From Callorhinchus milii (taxonomy: Eukaryota): 64,000 nucleotides of DNA. The stretch lies in NCBI RefSeq assembly GCF_018977255.1, contig NW_024704742.1, forward strand, positions 5,644,001-5,708,000, read 5' to 3'. Positions 12,668 through 24,679 of the stretch are shown piece by piece. Position numbers and translations under genes: made by a program. The stretch's first letter is position 1; every line of letters starts with the position of its first letter. The notes beneath the pieces are model-generated. The model saw nothing but the letters and a program-made list of their open reading frames with translations, searched no databases and was not told the DNA's origin.

Positions 12668-12870
12668 GATTGATTCAAAACTTAGCCGCCCATATCCTCA
12701 CCCGTACAAAACTCCCCCCCCCCCCGCCACACCCCCTTACCCCAGTCCTTGCCAGACCCCAATGTCTCCCACGATTCTCGCACTCACCTCCCTTCCAACT
12801 GCTACCCCCTCCCCAGCTCCCCTTCACACTCCAGTTCCTACCCATCCCTCCCTCCACACCTTCAAACTTG
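12668..12870 (+). mobile_element. L2 LINE fragment
   Basis: IQNLAAHILTRTK...LTPVLAR motif. Confidence 0.65.
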
Positions 12871-13183
12871 CCCACATCGGTGGACAGGGATGGGGGCATT
12901 TCGGGAGAAAGCAGCTCGGGTTGGGCGGGGGCCAGCCAAAATTCGCACGGCGAGACTGGAGGCAAAGTGATCAGCCCTTTGCCCGAGGTAAGAGGGTAAC
13001 ATCATCCTTACTGCAACTCGCGTGTCGTGTTATTGCTTTCATCAAACTCTACAATATCAACGAGAGACGGACACGTCTGATTTCCACTAAGTTGGTTAAC
13101 CCTGGGCAACGTTCGTTCTCGTTGAACGTGAACAGTAACGCAATAAGATTGATTTAATGATAAAAACGGAAGCCCCCCCCCCC

Positions 13184-13388
13184 GGGAACATTCAGCAGGC
13201 CAGTCCGGCAGCATCTATGGAGAGAGGAAAGCGAGTTAACGTTTCAAGATCGATGACCTTGAGTCACACCTGAAACATTAACTCGCTTTCTTTCCCCTCT
13301 GCGTAGATGCTGCCTGACCCGCTGGGGGTTCCCAGCGACTTCTGTTTTTATTTCAGATTGCCAGCATCTGCAGGCGGTTTTGCCTTTC
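13184..13388. mobile_element. Palindromic Penelope-type element
   Basis: Inverted arms ~13184-13246 and ~13271-13333 (GAAAGCGAGTTAACGTTTCA / TGAAACATTAACTCGCTTTC). Confidence 0.6.
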
Positions 13389-13523
13389 GAAGATTGATTT
13401 AATTCGGGTTTTAAGGAACTGTGAGAACCTGAAGCAATTTCTCTGCGGCTGTGAGTCATCACCTGCGATCCCTTTTAATCAATCAGGGAACCGCTGGGTG
13501 TATCTGTCACAGTACAAGTACTG

Positions 13524-13857
13524 GTGGAGTCCTGTAGCTCAGTGGTTAGAGCACTCGCTTTGCAAGCGAGAGACCTGAGTTCAATCCCCGGCAGGTCAGG
13601 GCGAAACCTTGGGCAAGTTTCCTTACTCCACACAGAGCCTAATAATAATCCCTCCAAAACCAAAAACAATAATAAATTGGTCATTTTCAATCCACGACTG
13701 TTTGTGGGACATTGCTGTGCGCAATTGGCTGCCGCGTTTGCCCACAAATATACAGTCAATTCACTTTACAGTGTGTTCTGTGAAGCGCTTTGGGACGTCC
13801 TCCCGACGTGAAAAGCGCTATATCAAATGCAAGGATTATTATTATTATTATTATTAT
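13524..13857 (+). mobile_element. Young SINE, short form, full length
   Basis: GTGGAGTCCTGTAGCTCAGTGGTTAGAGC head with Ala-like TGC anticodon arm, B box GTTCAATCC, core, CTCCC-loop tail. Confidence 0.95.
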
Positions 13858-14440
13858 AATCATGTACGTCATGTAGACAAACTGCCACAGGAACACCTTT
13901 CGGGCTATTTTGTATTCTGCAGCTATAAGGTCCACACAAACAAACAGAATAATGGGATTGTTTTCTGAGCATCAAAACTTATTAGCCCAATTATATAGCG
14001 GCAATCAGTAAATAATGGCCATGGGTTCAACTCAGTTGTTAACACTCACTGTAAGTGGACTAGATTTTGTTAATCAATTTCCAACATTACCAAGAATTTT
14101 TTTCCAGCCACACAATAAATCACTCTTCGACCGTGATGTCAGATTGCTGTGGAACATGAGTCAACACGTTGCAAGTCAGATTTTTTCGTACCTAAGACAT
14201 TTTCTTGTACTGTTTATTGACGTCGGATGAGGCCCAATCAAACAACAGGAGTGAGTGTTATCGTGGTTCTAAAGGAGCCGTTTAAATTATTGTGCTCAAT
14301 GTCTGCTTTGTAGAAGAATAATTTGTTAATAGGTTCCTTTCTTCATACCTCCCCTCAGTCTTTCCCTTTGTGTACTGGCTGAGCCCCAGATCAGTTATGC
14401 TTCCCTTTCCAGGTGTCAGTTTGACACTGTCACCTCTAGG

Positions 14441-14556
14441 TTTGCCCACAAAATACACAGTCAACCCACTTTACAGTGCATTCTGTGAAGCGCTTTGAGA
14501 CATCTCGAAGACGTGTTACATCTGTATCAAATGCAAATACTATTATGATTACTATT
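14441..14556 (+). mobile_element. SINE tail fragment truncating the last VDAC3-like exon
   Basis: GCCCACAAAATACACAGTC...GAAGCGCTTTGAGAC tail. Confidence 0.85.
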
Positions 14557-14567
14557 AAATGTTTGGG

Positions 14568-14798
14568 TGGGTAGAAATTCCATTAGAATCTACTCTATTA
14601 ATGTAACGTTACAGAATGCACACAATTTGACAAATTGTTGATTTGAATTCGAACCTTTAAATCACATTTTTCCGTAGTACTTAAAACTACAGATCTCACA
14701 GAAAACCAAATTCAAATGAATGACTGGTGTTTAAGAGTTTAACACAAACCTGGACCCTCTGAAATATTAATTCTAGACCCGGGTGGAATTTCTAACCA
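14568..14798. mobile_element. MITE-like element with 15-bp terminal inverted repeats
   Basis: TGGGTAGAAATTCCA ... TGGAATTTCTAACCA (14/15 match). Confidence 0.5.
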
Positions 14799-15325
14799 AC
14801 GTTTCAGATCGCATTTGGACTTAAGATCACAGTCTACGATAACACTGCCACACACTGCGTTGTCAGAGTTAAATCGAGGTCTCAGCTGCCCGTTCAAGTG
14901 GAGGTTAAAGAAAGCATGAGACTATTCGAGAAGTGAAGAGAGTTTCTACTCATGTAACGATGAACCATCCTCCAGATTAAGTTGGTTCTTCATACTCATG
15001 ACTATGTGGTAAATGGAAAAGGTCACTGCACCCTCGTAGTGATTACTGTAAAGCCCTATAAGGTGTTTTAATGTAATTGGTGGTAAAAAAAGTTGTTTTT
15101 TGTCCCCCTTTGCTGCCATATTCCTCAATAACTCCACACATGATACAGAACCCTTAAATGATATTTGGGTTGCAAACTATTTGATTTCTTTCTGCTATCC
15201 ACGATCCTCACTGTGGCAAAACTGCAGAGCGATGGGTATTCACCCACAAAACACACAGCCGCACTACTTCTCAGTGATCATCCATTAGCCAACTGAGAAT
15301 CTACAGTACGCCACTTCTCAGTAAT

Positions 15326-15456
15326 TTTGGGCGAAAGCTGCCATGTTTCGCCCACAAAATACACAGTCAATTCACTTTACAGTATATTCTGTGAAGCGCC
15401 TTGAGACGTCTCGAAGACGTGATAAGGCAATATAGCAAATGCAAGGATCATTATTA
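15326..15456 (+). mobile_element. SINE tail fragment
   Basis: TCGAA-loop tail. Confidence 0.85.
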
Positions 15457-16171
15457 AAACTTGCTGTTTCTCAGTTGTAATCAGAAACAAATCTTTTTTT
15501 TAATTATCCTTTGATAAATTAAGGAAGATGAATTCCAAATGTGGAACATTGTTCCTTTCAACCTCCCTTGTGATAAGATCTTTGAATAATGGGGACCTAA
15601 TATACACCTGATGTAGTCCTAATCAATACCTTCCCAGCTTGTTGCTCAATCCTCTTTAACTGGCCCGCATAAGATTTTATTTTATCCCTGTAATGTTAAA
15701 GGATTTCACAAGTTTGCAAAGAATTGGCCAGTTGTTAATACGCTCTTTAATTGCGAGTCGTGTTAGCTTGATTTTGAAAATCATTGCAACATGTTTTTTT
15801 TTTACTGGGATGAATAGTTTAGCTCACTGAAAATCTGCATAAATCTCGGGCTTAGTGGGCAATGAGCTTAGTACCTGATTGCATAAGATGTGGGAAATCA
15901 GCAGTGACCAGCATTAAATGGATAATTCTTTCACAGATGTGAATGGAGACTTAACGGCCTCCTTCTGTGCTATACGATTCTACGTTTTCTACTTTGATGT
16001 TTGTTGAAAAGGCTTTTGGCCAGTTTAGAAAAGTTCAAGTCTTCATCTCTCTGAAAAGCAAATTCGAGCCCCTCAGAATTATGTATGTCCCTCAATGAGG
16101 TCAAATCTGGAGATCTGTTAAAATTTGGAACGGTGCTTGTCTCTGCCAAAACGTTAATATGTCACTACTTT

Positions 16172-16574
16172 CACAACAATAACTTGTATTTGTACAGCGC
16201 CCGTCACAGAGGTAGTGTCCCGGAGCGCTTGACGGAGGTGGAGTCTGACAATGATCCAGGGGGGAGAGGGGGGGGTGGGGGGAGGTGACCGTAAGAACGA
16301 TCAAAAAGGAAGGTCTTTAGGTGGGATTTGAAGGTGGGGAGGGAGGGGGCAAGGCGGAGGGATTGAGGGAGGGAGTTCCAGAGTTTCGGGGCGTAGTGGC
16401 TGAAGGCACGGCCGCCGATGGTGGAAAGGAGGACACGAGGGACAAACAGGAGACCGGAGCCAGCCAAGCGGAGTCAGTGGGCGGTGGAGTTTGGGGGTAA
16501 GGAGGTCGGAGAGGCAGGGAGTTGCGAAGGAATGAAGTTATTTTGGAAGACGAGTGAGAGGATCTTGAAATTGA
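16172..16574 (-). mobile_element. L2 LINE 3' fragment
   Basis: GGRAFSHYAPKLWNSLPQSLRLAPSLPTFKSHLKTFLF. Confidence 0.9.
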
Positions 16575-16726
16575 AGTGAAAATCGAACAGGAAAGTGATG
16601 CTGAAAATTGAATTTCCATTTCGGATAAAGTCACATTACTGTCATGGCGTGATAAAACACAGCTCACTACTTAGATGAAATAACTGCGCATTTTACTGAA
16701 TAAGATCAAAGATTGATGTACACGTG

Positions 16727-17213
16727 ACAACAACAACAACAAGATTACATTTGTATCGCGACTTTCACGTCGGGAGGACGTCCAAAGGCGTTGGACAGAG
16801 TACGGCATTTCAGACCCGAGCTGGAGTCAGGGGAGGGGAAGGGGGGTGGCCGATGGCATGGTCGAAGAGGAGGGTCTTGAGGCGGGATTTGAAGGAGGCT
16901 AAGGAGGGGGTGAGGCGGAGTGATTGGGGGATGGAATTCCAGAGGTTGGGGGCGGAATGGCTGAAGGCTCTCCCGCCAATGGTGGGGCGGGTGGGTCAGG
17001 GGACGTGGAGCAGCCAGAGCCGGCTGAGCGGAGGGAGCGGGCGGGTTGGTAGGGGGTTAGGAGGTCGCAGAGGTAGGATGGGGCGAGGCCATAGAGGGCT
17101 TTGTATGTGAGGACCAGGATCTTGAATTGGATCCTCTGAAGGATAGAGAACCAGTGGAGTCGGGCGAGAGTGGGGGAGATGGGGTCACGGAGTTTGGTGT
17201 GGGAGAGGACCAC
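16727..17213 (-). mobile_element. L2 LINE 3' fragment
   Basis: DPISPTLARLHWFSILQRIQFKILVLTYKALYGLAPSYL; stem-loop tail and (TTG)n. Confidence 0.92.
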
Positions 17214-17974
17214 GGATGACATCCTTCACAGGGAATAAATTGCGATAAAATATTTCGAGGTGGTGGTTGTCCATTTTGTGTGCTCGCACATCATGCAGCA
17301 AGTGATGTCTGAGTCGACCTTACCATCCGAAGTAGACCATTTTTGTAGCTAAAAATACTGACGAAAATCAAAAGAGAAAGTCCCCCCAAAAAATCAGTGC
17401 AAATAAATGTCAATTTTATCCAATGAATTAAAAAATAACTATAACTGGCGAACTGAATTATATTGTTGAAAATTACAGTCAAGATCCAACAACAATTATT
17501 GGTTAATTGCTCCCTCAACCCTCCGCAATTTTCATCTTTGTGTTACCAAAACGATGCTCTGTTGACGCTGAATGAAATCACTGTCCCTGGAATGGAATGA
17601 TGTCAAGTCCTGCCACGCAGTCAGCCTGTGAGACCTACAAAAACCTTCAGCCTTCATTGCTGTCACAGGATTCACGCAGAGTAATATACTAACGCAGTGG
17701 AGATATATATATCAAAATATTTCATATCATTTAACTGTTTAATAGATTACAGTAGATTATTTGTCTATTGTAGTAATTACAAGGCTGAGATTTACATTAT
17801 GCTTCAATATGTGGTGATATGAAAGGCCAGTCTGACTTCAATCCCAGGGCTAATGTAGATCATCTTCAGTAGGGTGACATTAAGGATGCTACAGTTGGCT
17901 TCAAGCACGGGATTAGAAAGGGCCATTCAGCCAGGCTTCTGGCCACTAATCACTATTCGTTATTATCATTATTA

Positions 17975-18190
17975 TTGTTAGTCGATTGGAGGATCACTTT
18001 CTATGGCTAATAATCCCTTCAAAAATAAATAAATGAAATAATAATCATCATTTGGTCACTCAAATCCGCCACTGATTGCGGCAGGCTGCTGTGCGCAATC
18101 GGCTGCCGCGTTTCGCCCGGAAAATACGCGGTCAATTCGGTTTACAGTATATTCCGTGAAGCGCTTTGAGACGTCTCAACGACGTGATAA
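17975..18190 (+). mobile_element. SINE, long form, 5' truncated
   Basis: Internal segment, core and partial tail. Confidence 0.8.
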
Positions 18191-19339
18191 ATTGGCGGGG
18201 AAGAAATGTAGTGATGTTAAATGCAGATTGGGAGAGTTGTGCTATTCGGCTCAGTTATACATGGACCGTTAGGCTTTCCAGCAGAGGTTTGTAATTGCAG
18301 TTTCCCAAGCGGGTTGAATGGAAATCAAGGTTGGAGGTCAGCTCTCTCAAGACAACCAGTTACAATCACAGGTTTGATCTTTATTTTCAAAAGTTCAGCT
18401 TTTTCCAGCAGATGTGGATTGGTGAAGATTTGGCAATTCCTAAATATCTCTTCGCAAATGAACTGCAGCCATTGTCTCAAATAATACTCATCAGCCAGAA
18501 AACACATGTTGTGAAAGAAAACTGATCCATTCCCAGTCGACTGGCTGTCATACTTTCACTTACTTATAGAAGATGAACACACATGAAAGGTGCTTTATGA
18601 AACACAGGGATTACTATTCTCGTTACTTTCTCAATCCCATTTAATTATGCTGCTCTTATATTTTTTTTATTCATGTAGTTACTTACAGTTAATAATAATA
18701 TTAATAATAATCCTTGCATTTGGTATACTGCCTTTCGCCTCCGGGAGGAGGTCCCAAAGGGCTTCACAGAACCTCTCTGCAAGCCTCTGCATAGAAATAA
18801 TTGTTGATCTCACTTTTAAATGGTTTAACTATAATTACTGTAAGTATTGCTATGAAATACTAAAACAACACCGCATTAAAGGTTTTGATGAGAGAAGCCC
18901 AATTTACACCCACTCTTCTGTAAACTACCAATAAGATGTACATAACCACTGATGACTACCACCTCACTGATTCCCAGACAGAGGTATGAAAATCCTCCAC
19001 AGACTTGTATATTCTTGTTGCACTCTCCTCAGAGAATGTCATTGCATAAATTGACTGAGCTATCTATTAGCTCAGCATATTCCCTTGATTGAAAGGCACA
19101 AATATCCATATTGCTTGTTAGCAAGTATACAGATCACATTGATTCTGTTATGAAACGTCTGCAACGTTCAAATAACATGCGTTGGGACGTCCTCCTGACG
19201 TGAAAGGCGCTTTATAAATGGAATCTTGTTGTTGTTGTTCATCGGGATTTAACTCTGGTAGGCACTGCACGTGTATCGCACAGACTGGAGGCTTGCTTTG
19301 ACCGGGAAGGAGCAGGCTGGCTTCTGTTCCCGTGAGGAA

Positions 19340-19690
19340 TGTGTGGCGGAGGGATTGAGGGAGAGTGTTCCAGCGTTTCGGGAGCCAGTGGCTGAAAGCG
19401 CGACCTCCAAGGGTGGGGGTGAGGGAGCGGGGGACGAGCAGGAGGCTGGTGCCAGTCCAGCCGAGGTGCCGGGTGGTGGATTGGGGAGTGAAAAAGTGAG
19501 TGCGAAGATCTTGAAGTCGATCCGTTCGGTGATGGGGAGCCAGTGGAGCCTGGGCCAGAACTGGTGAGATGTGGGGACGGAGTTTGATCCGGGTCAGTAC
19601 TCGGGCAGTGGAGTTCTGAATGAGCTGGATGTTTTGAATAGTGGAGCTGGGGGAGAACGGCGAGGAGTGCGTTTGAGAACCTGGTAAGAC
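19340..19690 (-). mobile_element. L2 LINE fragment (a separate + strand L2 tail lies at 19179-19239)
   Basis: IQLIQNSTARVLTRIKLRPHISPVLA and GGRAFSH motifs. Confidence 0.85.
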
Positions 19691-20829
19691 TGAGGGGAAA
19701 CCCACTCACATTGCACCCACTGACTTTTTGCAAGACGTAGCACCTAGTGCTTCAAGATGTTGTGACAACATACTAAACACCACTACATTTAATGGGAAAG
19801 TGTTCTTATTTTGAGGTGTTCTTGCACCTACTGATGGGTGATTGCAGTCAGGGACACAGTACACTGGTTTACCTATTTTAATTGGGTATCCGGCCTGTTA
19901 TTTCACTCAATCAAATTCGTATTAACCAGGCCATCGAATTCACATTGTCCTCAGCCTTTTGTGTCAGCAAATTTACATTTGATAAGAGCATTGGGACCTT
20001 CGTGATTCACATTCAAAATATGAGGGCTGTCCACCACTCCTCCATTATCTCCAAATCTTTTAAAAACAACTACACATAAAAAAACCTTCTGACCAAATGA
20101 CCCCGGTAACATTTGGGACTCATTAAGTTTTTTTTTTTTTTTTAAAAACAATAGATTTCTTGGCTTCTAAATGCTCTGCTTCGCTGTGACCTGATTACCA
20201 GAGTGGACAACTAGAACTCAAGTGGCCACACCACACCTGCTGGATTAATACTTCTACTGCTTGGTTAACTGTCCTACACCACTAGTGATGTGTGACGATA
20301 GGTTCAGCTGAGGATACGAAGGGTGAAATAGCGGCTAAAAAATTAGTGTTGTATCTAAAACTGTACACTGCAAAACACAGAGGAAGCACGTATTCGGTTG
20401 TGACATTAAAGGAATGGAATTCAACTCTTGACTTGTGGTCAGAGAACCTTTGTAAATTCAAGGATGTTTTTCCTCCTTTGTTTCTTACTCGGTCGGAGAA
20501 ACTGTTCGTTCGTTTCAGACGATGAACAGCGTAGGCTGACAGGACATTAAAAAAAAAACTTTCAGTTTGAGCTTCAGTGTCTCGGGACTGACCTGAGAGA
20601 TATTCACGTTAATATTCCAGTTTCACCACTGGCAGCCGGGTGATGTATCTGACTGTGCAGTCTGGGTCATTTCAAGGCAGAGTACTTGGAAGAGTATGCT
20701 TTTGCTGGTTGGCCTATAGGGAACCATAGAACTGCAGAACTTGCAGCACATTTGCTCTGTCCATCATGTTTGTGCTGTTTTTTTGAAAGAGCAATCCATT
20801 CAGTCCATTTTATCTGCCTTTTCCCCATA

Positions 20830-21122
20830 CCACTGCCAAATGATTGCATATTAAATATCTATCTAGTTCCCTCTTGAAGGCCAATATGGTTCTCACCTCA
20901 ACTACCTCAATCGCCAGAGCATTCCCCTACCAATCAATTGTGTAAATACATTCCTCCCAATCTCTCCCTTAGCTGATTCAGTAAGCATCTTAAATTGCTG
21001 CTCTCCAGTCACTGATTCACCAAGCAGGAGAAATATTTTTTCCCTATCTACTCTATCAAAAACCCCTCATAACTACAAAGACCTCCATCATGTCTCCCTT
21101 CAGCTTTCTCTGTTACAATGAA
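20830..21122 (-). mobile_element. CR1-clade LINE fragment
   Basis: Minus strand ..KLKGDMMEVFVVMRGFDRVDREKIF.. Confidence 0.75.
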
Positions 21123-21509
21123 AATAATAATAATCCTTGAGATAACTTGATTTGATACAGCGCCTTATCACGTCTTCGAGACGTCTCAAAGCGCTTCACA
21201 GAATATACTGTAAAGTAAATTGACTGTATATTTTGTGTGGGCGAAACGCAGCAGCCAATTGCGCACAGCAGCGTCCCCACAAACAGTCGTGTATTGAGTG
21301 AGCAATTTATTATTAATATTTTTTGAAGGAATTATTACCCCCCCTGCAAAAGCAATCCGCCAATTGACTTACAACCGGGTCCCTACTTACTGGTAGGTAA
21401 ACAAAGGGGTGTGGAGTAAGGAAACTTCGTTTCACCCTGCCCTGGGAATCAAACCTCGGTCTCTCGCTTGCGAGGCGAGTGCTCTAACCGTTAAGCTACA
21501 GGACTTCAC
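21123..21509 (-). mobile_element. Young SINE, long form, full length
   Basis: Head, internal segment, core, TCGAA-loop tail. Confidence 0.92.
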
Positions 21510-23202
21510 TCCACAAAATAAGGTCAGTTCCTCTAGTCTCTGCTCACTCATCCCTGGTGAATTTCCTCTACTGCCTCTGTATGACCCTGACGTGCTTCCT
21601 AAATGTGGGTGACCAAAACTGCACCTGCCATCCACCTATTGAGGACTCAAACCCATGCTTGGTGGATGTCAAATAACCAGCTAGTAACTCGATACTTGGT
21701 TCACGGTTTCCTTGGTGCTCAGCTGCAATTTCCTATTCTTATTATTCAGTCTTTTCTCTTCCTCCACCAAGGCATTTCCGACATGATAGGTCAGGTTCAG
21801 CTAGTTACATAACACAGAGGTATTATGCAACTTGTTGACCTAATACGTATTTGATTAATGTCAGTTCAGCAGCTCTATGCGGTTCCGATGGAGCTAAAAT
21901 TCTCTGAAACGTCAGTAAAACTTTTGAGGCTAGCTGGACAGAAGAGCTCTTTGGACCCATTCAGTATTCCTTGCACAGCGCATTGTGCTAGTGTCATGAT
22001 TATTCCAGCAGACGTCACTGCTGCTGTGGTAACAACAGCCTTTTGAAATCCTTTTCACAAACGTGGTAACAGCTGGTAACTCCTGCGGTATGAACGATAT
22101 GTTACCGATGTGCCAAAAAAAGTTTGCTCGAGCACCGTCTCCGGGGGTGGGGGGGGGTTCTGTTTCGCAATAGTGGCTCACGTGTCATTTATGACCGATG
22201 TACATTTATGTCACTATTTCAAACCATGCTTGCACTCTGAGCTCTGTGACATTGCTGCTTTCATCTTCGGTCACTTGAGTCCCCAGGCAGTGTTTCTAAA
22301 ATGCTGAAGCCTGGTTGTTAATTCAAATGTGAGCGCCTGTTCCCAAACTCAAGACTCCAGGGAACACCGTCCAGCAGCTGCCGTCCTGAGCCTCAGAGTT
22401 TTTCATCATCTGCCCTCGATGTGATGGGAGTCTTGAGACACCTTGATGTTCTCGGGGTCCCTCACGTGAGGACCTGGATTAGGCAAGGGAGGGGATGAGG
22501 CGGAGGGAGCGTGGGAAGGAGTTCCAGAGGGTGGGGGCAGAGAGGCTGAAGGCTTTCAACGCGGTTATACGTTGAAATACAATGGCATTCGGGATTACAG
22601 TCGTACTTGTTCAAACTCATTCAATGAATTTAGTTCTTAAGCAATCGTCCCAAAAGTAACCGTGCGGTTCTATCCCAATAACCATCCTTGTGAAATTCAG
22701 GGGTAGGACTTGAAATAATCTGTTGTGCAATGGATTCTACAGATACAAAGATTTCAACGATAACCCTGGTTAGTAACAAATTGATGCCTGTCAAGAGATT
22801 TTAATTTGCACTTTTAAGTACACCTTACCTTTATACAGGACAGGGTGTCCCGTGAAGGGCTTCTCATCGCACTCAGGGCAGATGTATAATGAATAGCTGA
22901 CAAAGAAACTGAGGCCCAGTATGGCAGCTGCTGGAAAACGTTATCTGAAGTTTTTTTTTTAAGTTTGTAGGACATGACTGTGTACGCAAATGGGTTGCTG
23001 TGTTTGCCCACAAGTACAAGTAAGTGCACTTCCCAGTATAATCCTGCAAAGCGCTTGAGACAACGTGATGATGTGATAAGGTGCAGTTACTGTGTATCCA
23101 ATGCAAAAATATTATTATTAATAACAATAAGTCAAGATTACTGTCAATAACGAAAAGTCAAACATTTATTTGACCTCACCCTTTCTCATCGATGCTCATA
23201 GA

Positions 23203-23516
23203 GTGGAGTCCTGCAGCTCAGTGGTTAGAGCGCTCGCTTTGCAAGTGAGAGACCTGAGTTCAATTCCAGGCAGAGGGCGAAACCTTGGGCAAGTTTCCTT
23301 ACTCCACACACCTAATAATAATCCCTCCAAAAAAAACAAAAGAATAATAAATTGGTCATTTTCAATCCATGACGGTTTGTGGGACGCAGCTGTGAGCAAT
23401 TGGCTGCCGCGTTTCGCCCACAAATATACAGTCAATTGACTTTACAGTATATTCCGTGAAGCGCTTTGAGGCGTCTCAAAGACGTGATATTATTATTAAG
23501 GATTATTATTATTATT
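23203..23516 (+). mobile_element. Young SINE, short form, rearranged tail
   Basis: Head and core intact; the usual AAGGCGCTATATCAAATGC tail segment is missing. Confidence 0.9.
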
Positions 23517-24052
23517 TTGCCCCAAATTTTACCCCACAGCGATGACCGCAAACGGTAAGTTGTCGGTTCACAAGCAGCAGCAGTAACTTTGCAGCACAAG
23601 ATCACTCGTGAGATTCTGAGAATTTTTTTGCCTCCTTTCTTGCTGCCTTACGTTCTTTCGACAAAGTGAGCAATGAGTCAAACCAACAGATCTCTTTCAG
23701 CTTCCCCCTCGACAAGTCCAATCCCAACTATGGAGTACGTGCGTTTCCTATTCTCATCTCCGACACGCAGTACCTTCCTGGAGATGTAGCAAAGGATCTT
23801 GCTCCAGCCCATTTGTGAAGTCCAGGATCAAGCAGCGAGGGGAATTTGTGGAAAAACAGGGAAAGGGTTGAAGGGAGGTGGAAGGCATTAGCTGGAGTCC
23901 AGGTTTGCGTACACACGTTTATATAGCCAAGGCTTGGAATCCATTTTGACGGCGTGCAGAGAGGCAAAGCAGCTGCCGTTTAAACCCCACACCTCCGACT
24001 AGAGCACCCAAAATTTGGGGCAAAATAATAAAAATAATCCTTAATAATAATA
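23488..24052. repeat. 43-bp inverted repeat (1 mismatch) enclosing ~480 bp
   Basis: 23488-23530 versus reverse complement of 24010-24052. Confidence 0.92.
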
Positions 24053-24679
24053 AAATCTCAGTGCTGGGATGTGCATCTGAGCTGTGGGCAGGAAGATGGT
24101 GACAGTGCTCTCGCATGTATTCGTGCTGAGCCGCGTTGGTCACCGGGAAACTCACGGGGAATTTGTGATACCTGCCATTCACGCAGCGAGGGTTCAAACC
24201 TGCACACGTCGATTTCAAATGACCAACTTGTGACTATTCTCATGGGGCGGGGTGGGAGGAGGCGGAGATAAATATAAATGCAAGCTAATATTGTTGGATC
24301 ACCCAAGAGGTTATGCTTTGACATTAGATCCTGAGATTATAGATAGAATTACATCGATTACATAGACTGAAGCACCTCTCCCTCCTGTAATGCATTGAGT
24401 TTCCTCTTAAATCCACTGACGCTCTCTGCTTCAACAGATTTTGGCAGCAGTTTCCGCATTCTCACACCCCTCTCCGTGTGAAGAGGTCCCTCCTATTTTA
24501 GACTCTATTTTAGATTTGCTAATGCTTGTCCAAATCTGAGATGGCCTCAACGATTTGTTGTCGGGCTCCCTTGAATGCTCAGTTAGGAAGTGCAGTGGTG
24601 ATGCAGACCTGGCAAGTTTCTGAGGTTCAATTCTGGTCAGTGTCGAGTTGGGGCTGTGTTAAGAATGCAACAGTCGTGC

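Larger units (their letters stand above)
10917..14825 (+). pseudogene. VDAC3: Decayed, intron-containing VDAC3-like gene
   Basis: Ordered, frameshifted exon remnants: TPICAELD (10930-10953) with a GT donor at 10987; FGL/VKL (11098-11116); NL/MKCAV and TQ/NTDS (11753-11809); SIQNQ (12138-12152); LDILGQLHFAGCYYESW* (12279-12332); FTSAKNPMTHN (12346-12378); VNN/MGSTQLL plus GTAAGT (14008-14056); ttccctttccag|GVSLTLSPL (14413-14438). Tail-to-tail with SLC20A2. Confidence 0.8.

Noticed and set aside
13524..13596. tRNA-Ala(TGC)-like gene, and similar heads elsewhere
   Set aside because: No proper acceptor stem or terminator, and always fused to the SINE body
14566..14580. GGT GGG TAG AAA TTC as the DGKNF continuation of the last VDAC exon
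   Set aside because: Coincides with a MITE-like terminal repeat, so not counted as independent evidence
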